Source: Thermodesulfobacteriota bacterium
GTDB taxonomy: Bacteria; Desulfobacterota; Desulfarculia; JACQYL01
Assembly (NCBI GenBank): GCA_963675595.2
Contig: CAXXLZ010000001.1
Location: 1,344,001-1,408,000 of the forward strand
Length of the DNA: 64,000 nt
Direction of reading: 5' to 3'
Under the pieces are notes generated by a model. The model saw only the letters and a list, made by a program, of their open reading frames with translations. It searched no databases and was not told the origin of the DNA. Within the stretch, counting starts at the first letter, position 1, and every line of letters begins with the position of its first letter. The translations under genes and the position numbers were made by a program. Below, piece after piece: positions 60,099-64,000 of the stretch.

Positions 60099-60437
60099 AT
60101 GAAGAAAGTGTCCGCTGAACCTGAAATGTGTTCCTTTTTCTCCCTGCCGGAGAACTGCACTTCCTTTTCCACCGGCGCTTCGAACCTCTCCATCGATTGG
60201 CATGCGATCTCCTACCAAAGCCGCTACGCAGACAGCTTCGGCGAAGTGAAATCGAAATCCTACGCTGTCCAAATCCCGGCCTGGTACCGGGAACTGATCG
60301 ATGACAACGTGATGAGGACCGACAAAATAGGCCCCATCGCTGGAACGCTTGCAGGCCTGACCCTCGTTTCCGCCATCCTCACCATCGCGGGCCTTGCCTG
60401 GAGAAATGCCAGAAGAGAAACACGGTTTCCTCGTTAG
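60099..60437 (+). CDS. Possible hypothetical protein with C-terminal TM; only the 3' part may be real
   Basis: ORF ends in IAGTLAGLTLVSAILTIAGLAW followed by a basic tail. Confidence 0.35.
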   Translation: MKKVSAEPEMCSFFSLPENCTSFSTGASNLSIDWHAISYQSRYADSFGEVKSKSYAVQIPAWYRELIDDNVMRTDKIGPIAGTLAGLTLVSAILTIAGLAWRNARRETRFPR

Positions 60438-60535
60438 CAGGCCTTGATCATAGGAAGACCCTATCTCCCTTTCCCGGCGGTCATCTCCACCGACATCCGA
60501 AAACTATTTATACCCGCGCTTCCCGATCATCCAAT

Positions 60536-61708
60536 ATGGCCGGCGGCGCATTCGATGAAGTCTGGGAACTCCTTTCAGTATTCGATATCCCGTACATCTA
60601 TGACCGCTACGCTGTGGGAGTCGATTTCGTCCTCGCTTTTCTCTTCTTCCTGGGAGTCAGCCAGGTCACTCTCGGCAAGCGTTTCACAGGCAAAGGCGGG
60701 AGCCTTCTCACTGTCGCTGTATCGCTTCTCTTGTCTGTAGGATTATCTGTCGCTGAATCACGGCTCAGGTTCAGCCTCGCTTCCTTCGGCCCGATCGCAA
60801 TCTTCTTCCTTCTTTTCATCGTTGGCTTAGTGCTGTATCAACTCGCCCGGCACCTGGGATTCCATGCATCGACTGCTTTGTCCCTCGTGTTCGTTATGAC
60901 CTATTTCTCGATCCAGGCAGTGTCGCCGTCCATCATGGACTTCGTTCACCAAAGAGCGCCCTGGCTCAGGACCACGCTGTTCTGTGTCTTCGTGTTCGCT
61001 GCTGGAAAGCTCCTCTATTCGATCTTTCATACGATCTTTTCGAAAAGCTCAATCACGTCCCTCGCATCCAAGATTGAAGCAAACCCTGAATTCACCCGAC
61101 AGATTGAGCGGGATGTCGAATTCGAGGAACATGAGAACAAATCCTCGAAGAAACAGGAAAAACTCTCCAAGAAAAGCCGGGGAGATTCGGAAGATATTCT
61201 CCAACGCATAGTATCGGTCCTCAGGATTCTTGAAACAGAAGGAGTAACGCCTTTCGCGGGAAAGAAGATCGCGGACAAATTGGTCTCCATCGCGGATTCA
61301 GAACACCAAATCGAAAAGCGAATGAAACAGCTCGAGTCCGCCAACGCCGATCTCAAGCGAGTCGATGCCGACCATCTCACCCAACTCAGAGACCGGATGA
61401 GCAGAGCCCAGGGCAAGGAAAAGGAAAGGCTTCAAAGGGAAATCGAACTGGAGAGCGAAAAACTCCGACTTCACCAAGCGGTCGAAACCCTCGGCCAACG
61501 GATTGACGCTTTGATGGAGGAGTTCAAGGCCTCTCTCCGATCAGCAGCCGAACTTATCGCGCGGTCAGCCTATCCTCTGGATGCCCGGCCATACTTGCAG
61601 CGGGCAATCCAGATCGATGAGGAGGTTCGGCGGGAGCTTGACGTGATTCAAGATTTTGAGGATAAGATAGGCAAATTCGCGCGCGAGGCGAAGAAAAGCG
61701 CCAAGTAA
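60536..61708 (+). CDS. Multi-TM membrane protein with a long C-terminal coiled coil
   Basis: About five hydrophobic helices in the first 165 aa, then an E/K/R-rich helical region. Confidence 0.8.
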   Translation: MAGGAFDEVWELLSVFDIPYIYDRYAVGVDFVLAFLFFLGVSQVTLGKRFTGKGGSLLTVAVSLLLSVGLSVAESRLRFSLASFGPIAIFFLLFIVGLVLYQLARHLGFHASTALSLVFVMTYFSIQAVSPSIMDFVHQRAPWLRTTLFCVFVFAAGKLLYSIFHTIFSKSSITSLASKIEANPEFTRQIERDVEFEEHENKSSKKQEKLSKKSRGDSEDILQRIVSVLRILETEGVTPFAGKKIADKLVSIADSEHQIEKRMKQLESANADLKRVDADHLTQLRDRMSRAQGKEKERLQREIELESEKLRLHQAVETLGQRIDALMEEFKASLRSAAELIARSAYPLDARPYLQRAIQIDEEVRRELDVIQDFEDKIGKFAREAKKSAK

Positions 61709-62516
61709 GGGATGATTTGACCTTTAGGCAATCAGGATATCGAAAGGCATTCAACGTGTTCTTAAGCCATCATTGGAAGCATATACCCATGAATAGACGG
61801 GATGTGTCTCTTTCGTGTTCAACCTAACCAATCTAAGCAAAATCATGCAAAAGAGTCATTTGCCTTCAAACTGCACCGTGTTAAAATAATTTTCCGATTC
61901 AAGTATTCTCATGCCTTAGCCTTCGTTATCCCGAAAACCGTGCGATTCCGTGGAAATCGTGCTCATGAAGGTAGATTCTCAGCCAAATCGGATACAAGAA
62001 ATAGGCTTCTCGACGAGAGCGGATTTGCGATTGGTCCCGAATTTTAGGAAGGCAAAAGACTTTACATTTCAAGGCGGCTTGAGATCGTTGTCTCGGCACC
62101 CATTTGTCGACGAGAAACAACAGATCTGAGCATTTTGTCTTGGGAGAAGAAGATGCAGTACGGTCTGCAATGGTGACGAATAGCAGACTATTTTGCTCGA
62201 TTATAGGCAAGGCCGCCGATCGATGGCGCGCTTTCTGTGCAATATCGGGCCCTCCCCGCCCCTCGTAATTACCACATTTCCCGTGAAATAAATCTGTTCT
62301 TGAATCTGGCCCGCAAGCTGTACATAATTTGCAGTGCAGAGATTTTTACGACTGCCACACCTGATGAGCTCAAATGTAACATTCCTGAAAATGTCGAGAT
62401 CAAATCGCTTTAGGGCAAGAGGGAAAAAGCCTAACTCGGGAAGATTCCGTTTCATAGTGTCCGCATTGCGCACCGAATGGGTTAATTCCAACTTTGACCA
62501 TTAAGGGAGAAGGATA

Positions 62517-63980
62517 TTGACAACATCCATGACAAAAATTGCGGGAAACAAAGGCTCCGGCCCCCCTGGAATCGTCAAAATCCCGGCCGGCATCCGGGGA
62601 CTGGATGAGGTCCTCAACGGGGGTGTTCCCAAAGGCGCAACGACGCTTCTCAGTGGCGGGCCGGGAACGGGCAAAACCATGTTAGGGCTTGAATTCCTTG
62701 TCCGGGGGGCTATGGCCGGGCATCCCGGAATCCTGTTGACCTTCGAGGAAACTGAGCTTGCTTTGAAAAACTATGCCGCCGGGTTTGGGTGGGATCTCGC
62801 CGAATTCGAATCCAAAGGGTTTCTGTCCATTGTATCGGCCCGCATCCAACCGGACGCCGTGCTTTCCGGCAATTTCGACCTGCGCGGCGTCATCGGTATC
62901 CTGCGGCAAAAGGCCGATTCCATAAAGGCCGAACGGGTGGTTGTCGATGCCCCGGACGTGTTCCTTCGCCTTCTGGGTGACATCTCCAAAGAGCGGGCAG
63001 AATTGCACCTCCTGCACGAATGGCTGCGGGAGGCAGGGATGACGGCCCTGATGACGGTCAAAAGCCGAACGGACCAAGCCTCGTCCTCGCAATACGATTT
63101 CCTCGATTACATGGCCGATTGCGTGATTCACTTGGACCAGCGGGTTTTGGAACAGGTCACCACACGACGTCTGAGGGTGACCAAGTACCGCGGCTCCGCG
63201 TACGGTCGGAATGAGTATCCGTTCGGCATCACGGACAAAGGAATCTGGATCATTCCCGTAACCCAGGCCAGCCTGAGGCACGCCGGCCTCGGCGAATGCC
63301 TCTCCAGCGGCGTGGATCAACTGGACCACCTTCTGGGCGGAGGTTACCGGCGAAACTCCTGCACTCTGCTGACGGGAAATTCCGGTACCGGCAAGACCAC
63401 CTTTGCCTGCGCGTTCGCCCTTTCCATGGTTTCTTTGGACGAACGCATCCTCTACCTGGACTTCGAGGAAAGCTGGGATGCTCTGGTCTCCTGCATGCTG
63501 AGTCCCGGCCTCGACCTGCAACCGGCCAGGGATTCCGGCAAACTGAAGTTCCTTTCCAACATGCCCGAATCCCAGGGTATCGAGGAACACCTGATCCAGG
63601 CATTCCGCGCCATCGAAGCGTTTGAACCGCATCATCTGATCATCGACGCCATTTCCGCCTGCCGCCGCATGGGTTCAGACCACGCGGCCTTCGACTACCT
63701 CCTGCGCATCATTGATTATTGCAAGCAACGCGGCATCACCACGCTGCTCACCAACCTGATTTCAGCCATGGACCCGAGCCGTGAAATTACGGGCATCGAC
63801 CTCTCCTCGGTCATCGATACGGTCATCCTTTTGCGAAATATGGAAAAACAGGGCCGCTTCGTGCGGGACCTGGGAGTTCTCAAATCACGGGGCCGCAGCC
63901 ATTCGAGCCGTATTCACGAATTCAGAATCACGAACAACGGCATCGAGATCGGCGGAAATGAGGGGGACCATGTCGAATAA
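62517..63980 (+). CDS. kaiC: Circadian clock protein KaiC homolog (double RecA-like ATPase)
   Basis: Two Walker A motifs (GGPGTGKT, GNSGTGKT), TFEE/DFEE catalytic glutamates, KYRG/KSRG, and DLSSVIDT at the phosphosite position. Confidence 0.9.
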   Translation: MTTSMTKIAGNKGSGPPGIVKIPAGIRGLDEVLNGGVPKGATTLLSGGPGTGKTMLGLEFLVRGAMAGHPGILLTFEETELALKNYAAGFGWDLAEFESKGFLSIVSARIQPDAVLSGNFDLRGVIGILRQKADSIKAERVVVDAPDVFLRLLGDISKERAELHLLHEWLREAGMTALMTVKSRTDQASSSQYDFLDYMADCVIHLDQRVLEQVTTRRLRVTKYRGSAYGRNEYPFGITDKGIWIIPVTQASLRHAGLGECLSSGVDQLDHLLGGGYRRNSCTLLTGNSGTGKTTFACAFALSMVSLDERILYLDFEESWDALVSCMLSPGLDLQPARDSGKLKFLSNMPESQGIEEHLIQAFRAIEAFEPHHLIIDAISACRRMGSDHAAFDYLLRIIDYCKQRGITTLLTNLISAMDPSREITGIDLSSVIDTVILLRNMEKQGRFVRDLGVLKSRGRSHSSRIHEFRITNNGIEIGGNEGDHVE

Positions 63981-64000
63981 AACTCCGACCCGAACCTCCG
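63970..64000 (+). CDS. 5' fragment of the next gene (truncated by the window edge; KaiB plausible but unsupported)
   Basis: GAGGGG RBS and ATG overlapping the kaiC 3' end. Confidence 0.45.
   Translation, partial: MSNKTPTRTS

Larger units (their letters stand above)
58489..64000. mobile_element. Left part of a genomic island integrated at tRNA-Arg; far end outside the window
   Basis: Integrase stop 13 bp from the tRNA CCA; xis-like gene; lower-GC DNA; accessory cargo. Confidence 0.8.

Noticed and set aside
1-64000. CRISPR array, rRNA, tmRNA, RNase P or SRP RNA
   Set aside because: No regularly spaced repeat-spacer array or signature sequences noticed by eye; a covariance-model scan was not possible.

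Overview
Bacterial chromosomal window of moderate-to-high GC. Gene content (recA-alaS, mfd-surA-recO-glyQS, smc-ftsY, folE2, HDOD kinase, NifU-C protein) suggests a Desulfobacterota/deltaproteobacterial host; this is inference, not a database result. Both ends are mobile elements integrated at tRNA 3' ends. Left (1-3693): the end of a prophage at tRNA-Asp, with a DNA-modification module and xis/int. Right (58489-64000): an island at tRNA-Arg(UCG) with a related xis/int pair, membrane proteins and a KaiC homolog. The middle is mostly housekeeping, plus an RND efflux operon, a lone 953-aa sigma54-type flagellin gene and a complete IS1634-family element with TIRs and a 5-bp TSD. The most unusual feature is an orphan phage C5 cytosine methyltransferase split over two reading frames of the same DNA. 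One frame (181-1317) carries motifs I-VIII and X. A fully nested +1 frame (296-1249) carries motif IX plus five tandem 'LPTLxA' TRD-like modules. Other points of interest are a conserved xis-over-int overprint in both elements, a 32-bp att-like duplication at tRNA-Leu, a GC-richer recA-alaS block bracketed by inverted palindromic repeats, a catalytically dead recombinase-like ORF and an unannotated 32-aa membrane peptide.
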